Assembly: GCF_004010195.1 (NCBI RefSeq)
Contig: NC_057749.1
Span: forward strand, 19,213,538 to 19,277,484
Length of the DNA: 63,947 bases
Direction of reading: 5' to 3'
Source: Chiloscyllium plagiosum
Lineage: Eukaryota
Notes under the pieces: model-generated
Databases searched by the model: none
Told to the model about the DNA's origin: nothing
Seen by the model: only the letters and a program-made list of their open reading frames with translations
Translations under genes and position numbers: made by a program
Shown here: positions 42,222-55,205 of the stretch, piece by piece
Position numbering within the stretch: position 1 is the stretch's first letter
Layout of the letters: each line of letters opens with the position of its first letter

Positions 42222-42508
42222 ATTAGATTCCCTACAGGCTTTTTGGCCCACAAGTCCACACTGACTCGCCGAAGGGGGTCTATATTTACTCCTGACTAAT
42301 GCACCTAACACTATGGGCAATTTAGCATAGCCATTTCACCTGACCTGCGCATCTTTGGATTGTGGGAGGAAACCAGGCCACCCAGAGGAAACCCACGCAG
42401 ACACATGGAGAACGTGCAAACTCTACACAGACAGTCACCCGAGGCTGGAATCAAACCCAGGTCCTTTGGCGCTGTGAGGTAGCAGTGCTAACCATTGAGC
42501 CACCATGT
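42222..42508 (-). mobile_element. HE1/V-SINE-type SINE
   Basis: Reverse-complement A and B boxes and V-domain. Confidence 0.85.
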
Positions 42509-43064
42509 GGCAGATTTAATTCAGCCAGGTGTCTGACTGATATTAGACAACCTTAGATTCTTAGCATCTTCGATTCTTACTGATAATACTAAGTAGATCC
42601 TAACCAAATTGGAGCAAGGGTTAGAAAATATACGATTAAATCTTCAAAGTCCAGAAATTTTGATCATGTGATGAGGTTCCTGGACTAATCAGTTTTAATT
42701 TAATGAACAATGTAACAATTAGTTAATTTCTCTGGCTAGGACCATTGTTCATTACATGAGATCAGTGGTGAGCCTTTTGCTCCACTTCAGGTATAATGAT
42801 TTTGCATCAGTCCCTTTTGTTCAAAACTGACTAAGATTGATGTCTGCAAGTCTTTTTGTGCTTGTGGACTGCAATCCAAGAAGGATGATGTCTGTGAGTT
42901 CTGTCCCGGTAATTACTCATTGGTACCCTTCCATAAACAGTGTTCAATTTGCATCTTGTAATTGGAGGTGGCCATAGTTTAATCCTGATAAGTTCAATTT
43001 AAAATTTAAGTGAGAAAGTATAGTTTTAAAAACAATTTATGATTCCTCTTCATTGTCTTGTAGA

Positions 43065-43455
43065 CTTTTTTTCCCTCCAGAACATAGGAGGTTGAGGGGG
43101 TGACCTTATAGAGATTTATAAAATCATCAAAGGTATAGAGAAGGTGAATGGCAGGTGTCTTTTCTATAGGGTGAGGGATTTCAAGAGTAGAGGGCATACA
43201 TTTAAGGGAGAGGAGAAAGATTTTTAAAAAAGTCATGGGGGCAACACTTTTTTTTACACAGAGTGGTTTGTATGTGGAATGCACTTCCAGAGGAAGTGTG
43301 ACTGCAGGTACAGTTACAACGTTTAAAAGACTTTTATATAAGATTAGGAATTGTTTGGAGAGATATAGGTGAAGTGCAGATGGTGGGACTACTTTAGTTT
43401 GGGATTATTGTCGTCATGGACTCGTTGGACCAAAGGATCTGTTTCCATGCTCTGA
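43065..43455 (+). mobile_element. CR1 3' fragment
   Basis: ggggtgaccttatagag...gtttccatgct, as in the other CR1 3' ends in this window. Confidence 0.85.
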
Positions 43456-45859
43456 CTTGACAAGAGCAAAACGCAACCCTCTCCCTAAGCTATCCCAATT
43501 CTCGAACTAACAATAAATTAATGAAAGTATTCACAGGAGCTGTGAGAAACTGAATCAATAAAATGGGCAATTAGAATATGTGTCAGGGGGTGGCAAGAGC
43601 CCTGTCTCCTCCACAGACACCACCAATTTTAAGCTAGTTTTTAAAATATATATCCAACTGTATAACTAATTCCCTCGCCTGGCAGGACCGAAATGCTGAG
43701 ATCAAAGGCAGAGTAAACAATTTTTTTTTGCTATTATCACCGCTAGTGAGCATTATAATTGAGCTCAATCCATCCTCGTAACCACTCATCAAGTTCTTGG
43801 AAAGATGCTGGTCTAGTGGGGGAAGCCTGTTCCCTCTCCCATGGTGACTTGGGAGGAGTGGGGGATTTTAATTAGGAATTGGAGTCCTACCACTTTCTTC
43901 CATACACTCTAATTAAATCTTCCTCCTCTGCAGCCTTGCCATTTAAGAGCCTCATCTAGCCACCACTGGTATTAGCCAAACGATGGGCAGGGCATCTGCC
44001 ATGCAATCACCTTGGCAAGCACACCTTGATGAGTTTGATTAAAGGCTACCCAGGGGCATCGCATATTTAAAGACATTCACCACTTGCAAGTTACCCAGCA
44101 TTAAGGGATTGTGGGGACCTCTGACACAAACTTGTGCTTGCTTTCATCCCACCCACTCCCCTTCCCAAGGGCGGGACTGTCCTCTGGTGCCCTTAATCAT
44201 GGGGGAGGACCATCAAATGCATGACTCAAGATGCAAAGAAACAAAACAAGGATTTTATTGGCTCTGCAGACGTGATGGTAAGATTCGTGTTACCTCCACA
44301 CAATGCTGCCAGTTGTCTCCCTGGGGTTATGCATGAGTTTCTTTTTTATAACCAGTCTTGCATTTTCCGTTTTCCTCACATAAGCTTAAGTGCTGGGACC
44401 AAAAATAATGGTAAAACTGGTGAATCGTCTATTGGTGTGTTTATTTTTAAACATTATCACTCCCTTTGTTTTCTGTTTCAGGATGTCTGCCATTTAATCT
44501 TTTCCATCCACTGCCCAGACCATCTCTTTATGCCCTCCCCCACTCGTGGTATAAAGCCTATCACATTTCTGTCTTCAGTTCTGATGCAACCATATTCAGC
44601 TTGTAATGTTAACTTTGTTTCCCTCTCCATACTGCCAGCTCTGCTGTGTATTTCCAGCACTTTTCTGTTTTTAATCATCACAGAATAATTAGGTGTTTTG
44701 TCCTGAACCATTAACTTTATTCATGTTTGTCATTCAAGCAGCAGTAGTATAGAACTGCATCTCCATTTCCTGAATGATTAACCGCAGGGACTTTGTGCAA
44801 ATTCTACTGTGTGAATGAACTGCCAAGTACATCTCAGTATTTCAGGCTGTGTATGTTTAACAATTTAAATTCTTTGCACCAGGCATTGAAGAGAAACTTA
44901 CCAACAATTTCCCTTTCCTGAATGTCTACTATTGTGTACCTAGTGAAGAGGCACCACTCAGATACAATATAAAGGCAAACATTGATGCTTTATGCAGGTA
45001 AGTCCAAACACTTACTTAAAAGCAAAAAGTTAAACAAATTGTTACAGGATGTCATCAGATCAGGTATATTGCGTATAAAGGACATTTATTTTTGAAGGAG
45101 TTAGATCCTGTTATGTACCTAGATTTTTAAGTTCTCCATGGTAGGCTGCTCTTGCAATTGGAAACCATGGAAATGAGGATGTGGGTGTCATTGGCAAAGT
45201 CAGTGTTTATTGTTCATTTCTAATTTCCCCTGAGAAGGTGGCAATGAGCCACTTTCTTAAATTCAACAGAGCATCTTGCTCTGACATCTCAAGGGAAGCT
45301 TAAAAATCAACCACGTTACCTAGTCTGGAGTTGTGTAAGGGCAGATTGGCTAAGAATGACAGATTCACTCCCCTAATGAGCAGATGGGACTTAAAATGAT
45401 TCAGAAGTTTTGTGGTCACTGTGACTGAAATTAGATTTTTTTAAAATTGTGATATTTAATGAATTCAAATGTGGCATTGGGATTTGAACTCAAGTCTCAG
45501 ACCATTAAATCAAGATCTAGTCCAACAGCACAAAAACTTGTGGAAACTCAATCATTTGGCAGATTCAAGGTAGAGAAATTGATACATTTCTGGAGACTAA
45601 TGACACTAATGAATAATACCATGGTAAAATAACATTGAAGTCATGATCAGCCACAATCTAGAATGGTCTGGCAGGCTCAATGGGCTAAATGGTCTACTCC
45701 TGTACTATGTACCACTATACTAGAGTGTCTGCGAAAGATAAAGTTATGGTTGATGAAGGAACGTCATAGAGAAGAGTTGTGTGCTCCTGTAGTTCCAGCT
45801 GTGGCCCATAGGATGCATCATTGCTTCAGGTTATGAGGTGACAGTCTTGAGTGCAAGAA

Positions 45860-46160
45860 TCTAAATTGACAAGTTAGTTCAGGACTGAGGAAGTGCTGTG
45901 CTGTCAGAGGTGTTTTCAGATGAGACATTAAACCAAACCCTGACTTCTATGATGTAAAAAAAAAATCCATGGGCACTATTTTGAAAGCGGATTCTTGCTG
46001 GTGTCCAGATCAGTATTTATCCCTGAATCAACATCATTGAATACAGATAATCTACTTGTAATTGCACTGCTGCTCATGAGAGCTTGCTTTGTACAGGTAT
46101 GGCTGCCTTGTTTTCCCATGACAAGAGAGACATTTTGAGAGTGCGTTATTGGCTATGTAG
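45860..46160 (+). mobile_element. Decayed Deu-domain SINE
   Basis: tttcagatgagacattaaacc...atccatgggcactatttt...cagataatct; homologous to 19267-19625. Confidence 0.7.
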
Positions 46161-46647
46161 ATGCAAGCCTGAGATTGCCAATAATGTTATTTGAATGCAA
46201 ATGAAAACAATTCTCTTAAAGTAGCATAGTGAGAATAAAAATCTAACCTAACTACAGCAGATATTACAAATACAACTTGACAGTACTTCTCCATCACATC
46301 TTTCCATCTTCTACTTCTGTACTCACCTTGGTGGGGGTGTGAGGTATTAACTTTCAAGCAAGTTTTTACGATAGTTGCATGAAATATGAATGACAGCTGC
46401 AAAGATTAGTCAGATTGATATTCTTAATCTACATGAACATTAAAAATCTCAATTAAAATCTGCACAAAAAAACCTGGCAGAAGAAATTCAATACAAATGT
46501 AGGGTAGTGTAATCTATTTGTAGTCTATGGGATAGTACAAAAAGATGGTCAAATGAATGAAGAACGTTCTGGGAATAATAGTAGATTTGGTGCTGGATAA
46601 TCAAATCACTCTTTAATTGCAATAAAAGCAAGTAGACATGCACAAAA

Positions 46648-47492
46648 GGGTTGGAGGATTTGAGCTACATGGAGAGGCTGAACAGGCTGGACCTGTTTTC
46701 CCTGGAGCGTCGGAGGCTGAGGGATGACCTTATAGAGGTTCATAAAATTATGAGGGGCATAGATAGGGTAAATAGGCAAAGTCTTTTCCCTGGGGTTGGG
46801 AAGACCAGAACTAGAGGGCATAGGTTTACGGTGAGAGGGAAAGGATATAAAAGAGACCTAANNNNNNNNNNNNNNNNNNNNNNNNNNNNNNNNNNNNNNN
46901 NNNNNNNNNNNNNNNNNNNNNNNNNNNNNNNNNNNNNNNNNNNNNNNNNNNNNNNNNNNNNNNNNNNNNNNNNNNNNNNNNNNNNNNNNNNNNNNNNNNN
47001 NNNNNNNNNNNNNNNNNNNNNNNNNNNNNNNNNNNNNNNNNNNNNNNNNNNNNNNNNNNNNNNNNNNNNNNNNNNNNNNNNNNNNNNNNNNNNNNNNNNN
47101 NNNNNNNNNNNNNNNNNNNNNNNNNNNNNNNNNNNNNNNNNNNNNNNNNNNNNNNNNNNNNNNNNNNNNNNNNNNNNNNNNNNNNNNNNNNNNNNNNNNN
47201 TAGAGGGCATAAGTTCAGGGTGAGAGGGGAAAGATATAAAAGAGACCTAAGGGGCAACGTTTTCACACAGAGGGTGGCACGGGTATGGAATGAGCTGCCA
47301 GAGGAAGTGGTGGAGGCTGGTACAATCCCAACATTTAAGGGGCATTTGGATGGGTGTATGAATAGGAAGGGTTTGGAGGGATATGGACCAGGTGCTGGCA
47401 GGTGAGACTAGATTGGGTTGGGATATCTGGTTGGCATGGATGGGTTGGGCCGAAGGGTCAGTTTCCATGCTGTACATCTCTATGACTCTATG
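46648..47492 (+). mobile_element. CR1 3' fragment(s) spanning an assembly gap
   Basis: RT C-terminal ORF pieces on both sides of the N run 46862-47200; tail CTATGACTCTAT. Confidence 0.88.
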
Positions 47493-49039
47493 GTGAAAGG
47501 GGCCAAACAGGCAGCAGTGAAAAATAGCAGTGTGTGAAGGATGTTAAGAAAGTGAAGGATCCCAGTACTAAATTCCTGGAGGCAATGGAACTTTTAGTAT
47601 ACTTGAGCCCTGAACCCCAAGCTCCTCATGAACAGCAAAGCTCCCAGCAAACCCAACTCTGGGAAATGAGGATTGAGCTGCCCAGTCCATCCCAGTCACA
47701 GAAGATCAGTAGCAAAGGTGACAGTCCAGCACACATACCTGAAAAAACTTGAAACGAAAAGGTCTTGATGAAAAGCAGAGGGGAATGGAACAAAAATCTG
47801 AGGGGACTTGATACTGTAGGTATGTGTAGAGGCTTCCACTTTGTTTTATTTACTCCCAAGATGGGGATATTTCTGTTTGGTTTATTGTCCATCCCTAGTT
47901 CACCCTGAGAAAATGGTGGTGAGCTGACCTGCTGCAGTCCATTGGTGTAGGTGCACTTACAATGCCATTGGATGGGGGGGGGGGGGTGCGGGGGAAAGTT
48001 TCAGAGTTTTGACCGAGCAAAACGAAAGGAACTAGGAGAAAGTGAGGACTGCAGATGCTGGAGATCAGAGTCAAAGAGTCTGGTGCTGGCAAAGCACAGC
48101 CGGTCAGGCAGCATCTAAGGTGCAGGACAGTCAACATTTTGGCATAAGCCCAATATATGTCCAAGTTAGGATGGTGAGTGGCTCAGAGGGGATCTTGCCG
48201 GTGGTGGTGTTCTCATATGTCAGCTGCCCTTGTCTTTCTAGAGAAGATAGTGTACACCATTGTCATTGAGTGTCAGTGATAAAGGGTATGAATGCTTGTG
48301 GATGTGCTGCTAGTCAAGGATGGGTAATCCATTGTTCTGGATGGTGTTAAGCTTCTTGAGCTTCTAGGCATTTGGGGAGTATTCCATCACACTCCTGACT
48401 TGTGCCTTGACAATGTTTGACAGGCTTTGGGGAGTCAGAAGATGAGTTACTCGCCATAGTATTTCTAACCTCTGACCTGTTGTTGTATCCACAATATTTA
48501 TTATGGCAAGCCCAATTTCTTGTCAATGGTAACCCATTGAATGTTGATAGTGGAAGATTCTGAGATGGTTACACCATTAAACGTCAAGGGGTAATGGTTA
48601 GATTCTCTCTTGTTAAAGATGGCTATTAGCTGTCATTTGTTAGTCCAAATCTAGACATTGTCTAGACCTTCCCACATTAAGATTTGTGGGTGACAGTTGA
48701 ACAAAGGATACCCTTTAAGAGTAAAGGAGCTCCCTTTTGAAAAGGAGATTTCTGATCGTGAGAAGAGTCTTCCTGTCAGATTGTTCGTACTTACGCAGAG
48801 TCTCTCGCCCTGATGTGCTCCCCTTGAGGAACAAACTGTTGCTTACCTCATTCTGGAACTTCCTGTTACAAAGAAGATATGGGAAGATGTTCATTGGGTT
48901 TTGTTGAGAATTCTGTGCTTTGTGTTGTTCCCTGGGTGCGTACTGAGATAAATATTAACTGTTGTTGGAGGCTCAACAACTTGGTTTAAGAAGTGTTTGT
49001 TCTCCCCAAAATATGTTAGTCTTCCTGTACGAGGTGTTA

Positions 49040-49254
49040 TGATTTGGAGATGATTTGGACTGGGATGTACAAAGTTAAAAATCACACAACACCAGGTTAT
49101 AGTCCAACAGGTTTAATTGGAAGCACACTAGCTTTCGGAGCAACGCTCCTTCATCACAATCACCTGATAAAGGACCGTCGCTCTGAAAGCTAGAGTGCTT
49201 CCAATTAAACCTGTTGGACTATAACCTGGTGTTGTGTGATTTTTAACTTTGTAC
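49040..49254. mobile_element. Palindromic Penelope pLTR-type element (inverted arms 49067-49254)
   Basis: GTACAAAGTTAAAAATCACACAACACCAGGTTATAGTCCAACAGGTTTAATTGGAAGCAC and its exact reverse complement. Flanking tgtacgaggtgtt / tgtactaggtgtt resembles a TSD. Confidence 0.85.
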
Positions 49255-49694
49255 TAGGTGTTGCCAGTGACTGAGTGTTGCAGAACTGGCCCATTGTAAA
49301 GTTCAGAACTGAAGCATGCATTAACAGGGAAAGGTCTCGTTAGGAGACTTTTAGTCTCTCATATTCCCACCTAAGGCACTCCTGTCATGGAACACCAACG
49401 GGGTGGAGACCATGTAAAAGCTCTCAGGTTGTATACTTGGTATGAAAAATAAGCTTTAAATATAACCTGTGATTGTAAGTATCACATATCACGAGTACCA
49501 CGTACTGCATTGAAAGAAATTTATGACACTCTTAATATCAAATTTTAATTGTAATTTTGCATATTGATGAAGAAGCTCACTTTTTAATAACAAAAGCAGG
49601 AAAATTATTGAAATATGTTACTGGATCATTCAAATATGAATTTGATGACATGCTAAAACTATAGTTCTGTAATTGGGCACCACGTTAATGGAAT

Positions 49695-50945
49695 CGAAGA
49701 GTGTGGAGCTGGAAAAGTACAGCTGGTCAGGCAACATCCGAGGTGCAGGAGACTCGACATTTTGAGCAAAAGCCCTTCATTAAGAATGGCTTTTGAGAGG
49801 GATGGGGCTGGAGGGCCCTTCATGAGAGGGATGGGGCTGGAGGGAAGGTAGCTGGGAATGTGATAGGTAGATGAAGGTGGGGATGAAGGAGAGGAGAATG
49901 GAGCGGATAAGTGGGAAGGAAGATGAACAGGTAGGACAGTTCAAGAGGTTGGTGCTGAGTTGGAAGGTTGGACCTGAGATAAGGTGGGGAAGGGAAATGA
50001 GGAATCTGATGAAATCCACATTGATTCTGTGGAAGATGAGGCATTCTTCCTCCAGGTGTCAGGTGGCTAGGGTTTGGCAGTGGAGGAGGCCAAGGACTTG
50101 CATGTTCTTGGCAGAGTGAGAGGGGGAGTTAAAGTGTCCGGCCACAGGGCGGTGGGATTGTTTAGTACGTGTTTCCCAGAGTTGTTCTGTGAAACATTCC
50201 GCAAATTGGGGTCTGTCTCGCCAATGTAGAGGAGAGCACATCGGGAGTAACGGACACAGTAGATGACTTGTGTGAAAGTATAGGGAAAGGATCTTTTGGG
50301 GCTTTGGACGGAGGTAAAGGGGAAGGTGTGGGCGCAGGTTTTGCACTTCTTGCGGTGGCAGGGGAAGGTGTTGGGAGTGGAGGGTGGGTTGGTGCGGACA
50401 TGGACCTAACAAAGGAGTTGCAGAGGGAATGATCTCTCTGCCATGCAGTTAGAGATGGGGAGGGAAATATATTCCTGGTGGTGGGAATCTGTTTGTAGGT
50501 GTAAGAAATAGCAGAGGATGATGTGATGTACCCGGGGGTTGGTGGGTTGGAAGGTGAGGATCAGCACCATTCCCCACCTCTTCCTCTGCTGCATTGATGA
50601 CTGTATAGGCACCACATTGTGCTTCCACGAGGAGGTTGAACAGTCCATCAACTTCACAAACACCTTCTACCCCAACCTCAAGTTCACCTGGAATGTCTCA
50701 GACACCTCCTTCCCCTTTCTGGACCTCTCCATCTCCACTTTCGGCAACCAACTCAACACAGACATCTACTACAAATCCATTGATTCCCACAGCTACCTGG
50801 ACTACATCTCCTCCCATTCTGCCTCCTGTAAAAACACTATCCCGTATTCCCAATTCCTCTGCCTCTGTCGTATCTATTCTCAGGTGGACGAATTCCACCA
50901 GAGAACATCCCAGATGGGCTCTTTCTTCAAAGATTGCATTTCCCC
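49695..50945. mobile_element. Penelope-like element with internal inversion (3' part on -, RT part on +)
   Basis: Minus 49695-50555 is the GIY-YIG and pLTR end. Plus 50567-50945 reads PHLFLCCIDDC...PNLKFT...FLDL...TDIYYK. Confidence 0.87.
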
Positions 50946-53388
50946 CGGCAAGGCAGCTTACATGTGGAGCAGCAGGAGATGGGGGAGATACTAAATGATT
51001 ATTTTGCATCGGTGTTTACTGTGGAGAAGGACGTAGAAGATATAGAATGTGGGGAAACAGATGGTGACATCTTGAAACTGTCCATATTACAGAGGAGAAG
51101 GTGCTGGATGTCTTGAAATGTATAAAAGTGGATAAATGACCAGGACCTGATCAGGTGTACCCTAGAATTCTGTGGGAAGCTAGGGAAGTGATTGCTGGGC
51201 CGCTTGCTGAGAAATTTGTGTCATCGAAAGCCACAAGGTAGGTGCCGGAAGACTGGAGATTGGCTAACGTGGTACCACTGTTAAGAAAAGTGGTCAGGAA
51301 AAGCCAGGGAACTATAGACCAGTGAGCCTGATGTTGGCAGTGGGCAAGTTGGAGGGAATCCTGAGGGATAGATTTACGTGTATTTGGAAAAGCAAGGACT
51401 GATTAGGGATAGTCATCATGACTTTGTGCATGGGAAATCATGTGTCACCAACTTAATTGAGTTTTTTGAATAAGTAATAAAGAGGATTGATGAGGGCAGA
51501 GCAGTGGACATGTTCTATATGGACTTCAGTAAGGTATTTGACAAGGTTCCCCATGGGAGACCGGCTAGCAAGATTAGATCTCATGGAATACAGGGAGAAC
51601 TAGCCATTTGGATACAGAACTGGCTCAAAGGTAGAAGATAGAAGGTGGTGGTGAAGGGTTGCTCTTTAGACTGGAGGCCTGTGACTAGAGGAGTGCCACA
51701 AGGATTAGTGCTGGGTCCACTATTTTTTTGTCATTTATATAAATGATTTGGATGTAAGCATAAGAGGTATAGTTAGTAAGTTTGCAAATGACTTTCAAAT
51801 TGGAGGTGTAGTAGACAGCGAAGAAGGTTACCTCAGAGTATAATGAGATCTTGATCAGGTGGGCCAATGGGCTGAGGAGTGGCAGATGGAGTTTAATTTC
51901 GTTCTATGCAAGGTACTGCATTTTGGAAAAGCAAATCTTAGCAGGACTTATACACTTAATGATAAAGGTGAAAGTGAATACTTCAAATGCTGGAGCTTAG
52001 AGTCAAGAGTGTGGTGCTGGAAAAACACAGCAGGTCAGGCAGCATCCGAGGAGCAGGAAAAATCAACATTTTGGGCAAAAGCCCTTCGTCAGGAATGGCT
52101 TCCTGATGAAGAACCTTTGCCTGAAACATTAATTTTCCTGCTCCTCGGATGCTGTCTGACCTGCTGTGCTTTTCCAGCACCACACTCTTGACATAATGGA
52201 AAAGACCTGGGGAGTGTTGCTGAACAAAGAGAGCTTGAAGTAGCGAAGAAGGTTACCTCAGAGTATAATGAGATCTTGATCAGGTGGGCCAATGGGCTGA
52301 GGGGTGGCAGATGGAGTTTAATTTAGTTCTATGCAAGGTACTGCATTTTGGAAAGGCAAATCTTAGCAGGACTTATACACTTAATGATAAAGGTGAAAGT
52401 GAATACTGCAGATGCTGGAGCTTAGAGTTAAGAGTGTGGTGCTGGAAAAACACAGCAGGTCAGGCAGCATCCGAGGAGCAGGAAAAATCAACATTTTGGG
52501 CAAAAGCCCTTCGTCAGGAATGGCTTCCTGATGAAGAACCTTTGCCTGAAACATTAATTTTCCTGCTCCTCGGATGCTGTCTGACCTGCTGTGCTTTTCC
52601 AGCACCACACTCTTGACATAATGGAAAAGACCTGGGGAGTGTTGCTGAACAAAGAGAGCTTGAAGTGCAGGTTCAGAGGGCAGAGCAGTGGACATGTTCA
52701 ATATGGACTTCAGTAAGGTAGTTGACAAGGTTCCCCATGGGGTTCCGGTTAGCAAGATTAGATCTTGAAAGTATCCTTGAAAGTAGAGTCGCAGGTAGAT
52801 AGGATAGTGAAGAAGGTGTTTGGTATGCCTTCCTTTATTGAGTACAGGAGTTGGGAGGTCATATTGCGGCTGTACAGGACAATGGTTAGGCCACGTTTGG
52901 AATATTGCGTGCCATTCTGGTCTCCTTCCTGTCGATGTTGTGAAACTTGAAAGGGTTCAGAAAAGATTTACAAAGATGTTGCCAGGGTTAGAGGATTTGA
53001 GATAAAGAAAGAGGCTGAAAAGGCTGGGGCTGTTTTCCCTGGAGCATTGGAGGCTAAGGGGTAACCTTACAGAGGTTTATAAAACATGAGAGGTATGGAA
53101 AAGATAAATAGACAAAATCTTTTTTTCCTGGGGTGGGGAGACCTAAGGGGCAACGTTTTCATGCAGAGGGTGGTGTGTGTATGGAATGAGGTGCCAGGGG
53201 AAATGGTGGAGGTGATACAATTGCAGAATTTCAAAGGCATCTGAATGGGTATTTGAATAGGAAGGGTTTAGAGGGATATGGGCCAAGTGCTGGCAAATGG
53301 GACTCGATTAGGTTAGGATATCTGGTCGGCATGGACGAGTTGGACCAAAGGGTCTGTTTCCATGCTGTATATCTCTCTGACTCTATGA
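50946..53388 (+). mobile_element. CR1 LINE nested in Penelope; contains a 425-bp tandem duplication
   Basis: CR1 RT DNA throughout; tail GACTCTATGA; the Penelope frame resumes at 53389. Confidence 0.9.
51817..52666. repeat. Tandem duplication, 2 x 425 bp
   Basis: Units 51817-52241 and 52242-52666 are nearly identical; the ORF track shows twin ORFs at 51859 and 52284. Confidence 0.95.
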
Positions 53389-54342
53389 CGTGGTTAATGA
53401 TGCCTTCCAACGCATGTCCTCCACCTCCCGCACCTCTGCCCTTGAACCCCACCCCTCCAAATGCAACAAGGTCAGAACTTCCCCCATCCTCACCTTCCAC
53501 CCCACCAACCTCTGGACACATCAAATCATCCTCCAACATTTCCGCCATCTACAAACAGACCCCAGCACCAGGAATATATTTCCCTCCCCACCCCTATCTG
53601 TGTGCCGGAGAGACCATTCCCTCTGCGACTCCCTTGTTAGATCCACACCCCCTACCTTCCCCTCCCCACCCCCACCAACCCACCCTCCACTCCCGGCACC
53701 TTCCCCTGCCACCGCAAGAAGTGCAAAGACTGCGCCCACACCTCCCCCTCCTTACCTACGTCTAAGGCCTCAAAGGATTCTTCCACATCCGACAGAGATT
53801 TCCCTGCACTTTCACACAAGTCATCTATTGTGTCTGTTGCTCCCGATGTGCTCTCCTCTACATTTGGGAGACAGGACGCCAACATGTTGAACATTTCAGA
53901 GAACATTTCTGGGACACATGTACTAAATAACCCCACCGCCTTGTGGCCGAACACTTTAACTACCCTCCTGACCATGTCCTGGGCTGCCTCCACCGCCAAA
54001 CCCTAACCACCTGGGTCTGGAGGAAGAATGCCTTATACGTATGGGCCCCAGCTATGCCTGTCTCTTTGTTGGCTACGTACAACAGTCGATCTTCTGTAAT
54101 TACACAGGCACCACTCCCCACCTCTTCCTCCGCTACATTGATGACTGCATTGACGCCACCTCATGCTCCCGCGAGGAGGTTGAGCAATTCATCAACTTCA
54201 CCAACACATTCCACCCTGACCTTAAATTTACCTGGACCATCTCTGACTCCTCCCTCCCCTTCCTGGACCTCTCCATCTCCATTAATGACGACCGACTTGA
54301 AACTGACATTTTTTACAAACCCACCGACTCCCACAGCTACCC
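53389..54342 (+). mobile_element. Penelope-like element continuation (GIY-YIG) followed by a further RT fragment
   Basis: PILTFHP...CHRKKCKDC...VIYCVCCSRCALLYIWET, then MGPSYACLFVG...LFLRYIDDC (54041-54340). Confidence 0.88.
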
Positions 54343-54814
54343 GGCATTGGTGCCAGGAATCAAGGAGACCTGGATAGTGGTGACTACTCCTGCCTCTGAC
54401 AAGAGGAAAGGCAGGAAGAGAATTGTACCATCGCAGCATGATGCTGTGGTAATGAGATGAGTTTCAGATAATAATGTGAGAAAACCCATTAAGGCTCCCA
54501 CCGAGAGAAAGTCTCCATGTCTTACAAGCCAAGGATTGCAGCCCGAACCAAATCAACTTCACTATCCCTACATTCACGACATAGTGAACTTAAAACATTC
54601 AATGGCCTTCAAAATTGCTCAATTATTCCTAACCAGCCTAAACAACTACCAGATTTTGGACAGCAAGTTTACACTTTAGAATTATTATTAGTAATGTAAG
54701 TTTAGCAAAAAACATAGAGCCAGTGCTTCCAAATAAACCTTTTGGACCATAACCTGTTGTTGTATGATTTTTAACTTTGTATACCCCAGTCCAACACTGG
54801 CATCTCCAAATCAA

Positions 54815-55205
54815 GACTTTTAAATGCTGTAATTGTACCAGCCTCCACCACTTCTTCTGGCAGCTCATTCCATTCATGCACCTCCCTCTGCGTGAAAAAT
54901 TGTCCCTCAGATCCTCTCTGAATCTTTCCCCTGTCACCTTAAACTTGGACTCCCTTACCCTCGGAAAAAGGCCTTGACCATTCATCCTCTCCATACCCCT
55001 CATGATTTTATAAGCATCTATAAGGTTACCCCTTAGCCTCAACACTCCAGGGAAAATAGCCCCAGCCTATTCAGCCTCTCCCTATAACTCAAACCTTTGA
55101 ATCCTGGCAACATTCTTGTAAATCTTTTCTGAACCCATTGAAGTTTCATAATATCCTTCCTGAAGCAGGGAGATCAGAATTGAACACAGTGTTCTAAAAG
55201 TGGCC
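54815..55205 (-). mobile_element. CR1 3' fragment next to a Penelope pLTR piece (54724-54812)
   Basis: Minus ORF RLRGNLIDAYKIMRG; 54724-54812 resembles one arm of 49067-49254. Confidence 0.82.

Noticed and set aside
41800..44460. Possible additional reverse-oriented LTRs (~41800-43000 and ~44120-44460)
   Set aside because: The composition is suggestive, but I could not define TG...CA termini with a TSD.
46651..47266. ORFs spanning N runs (also 60274-60863)
   Set aside because: Artefacts of translating assembly gaps.
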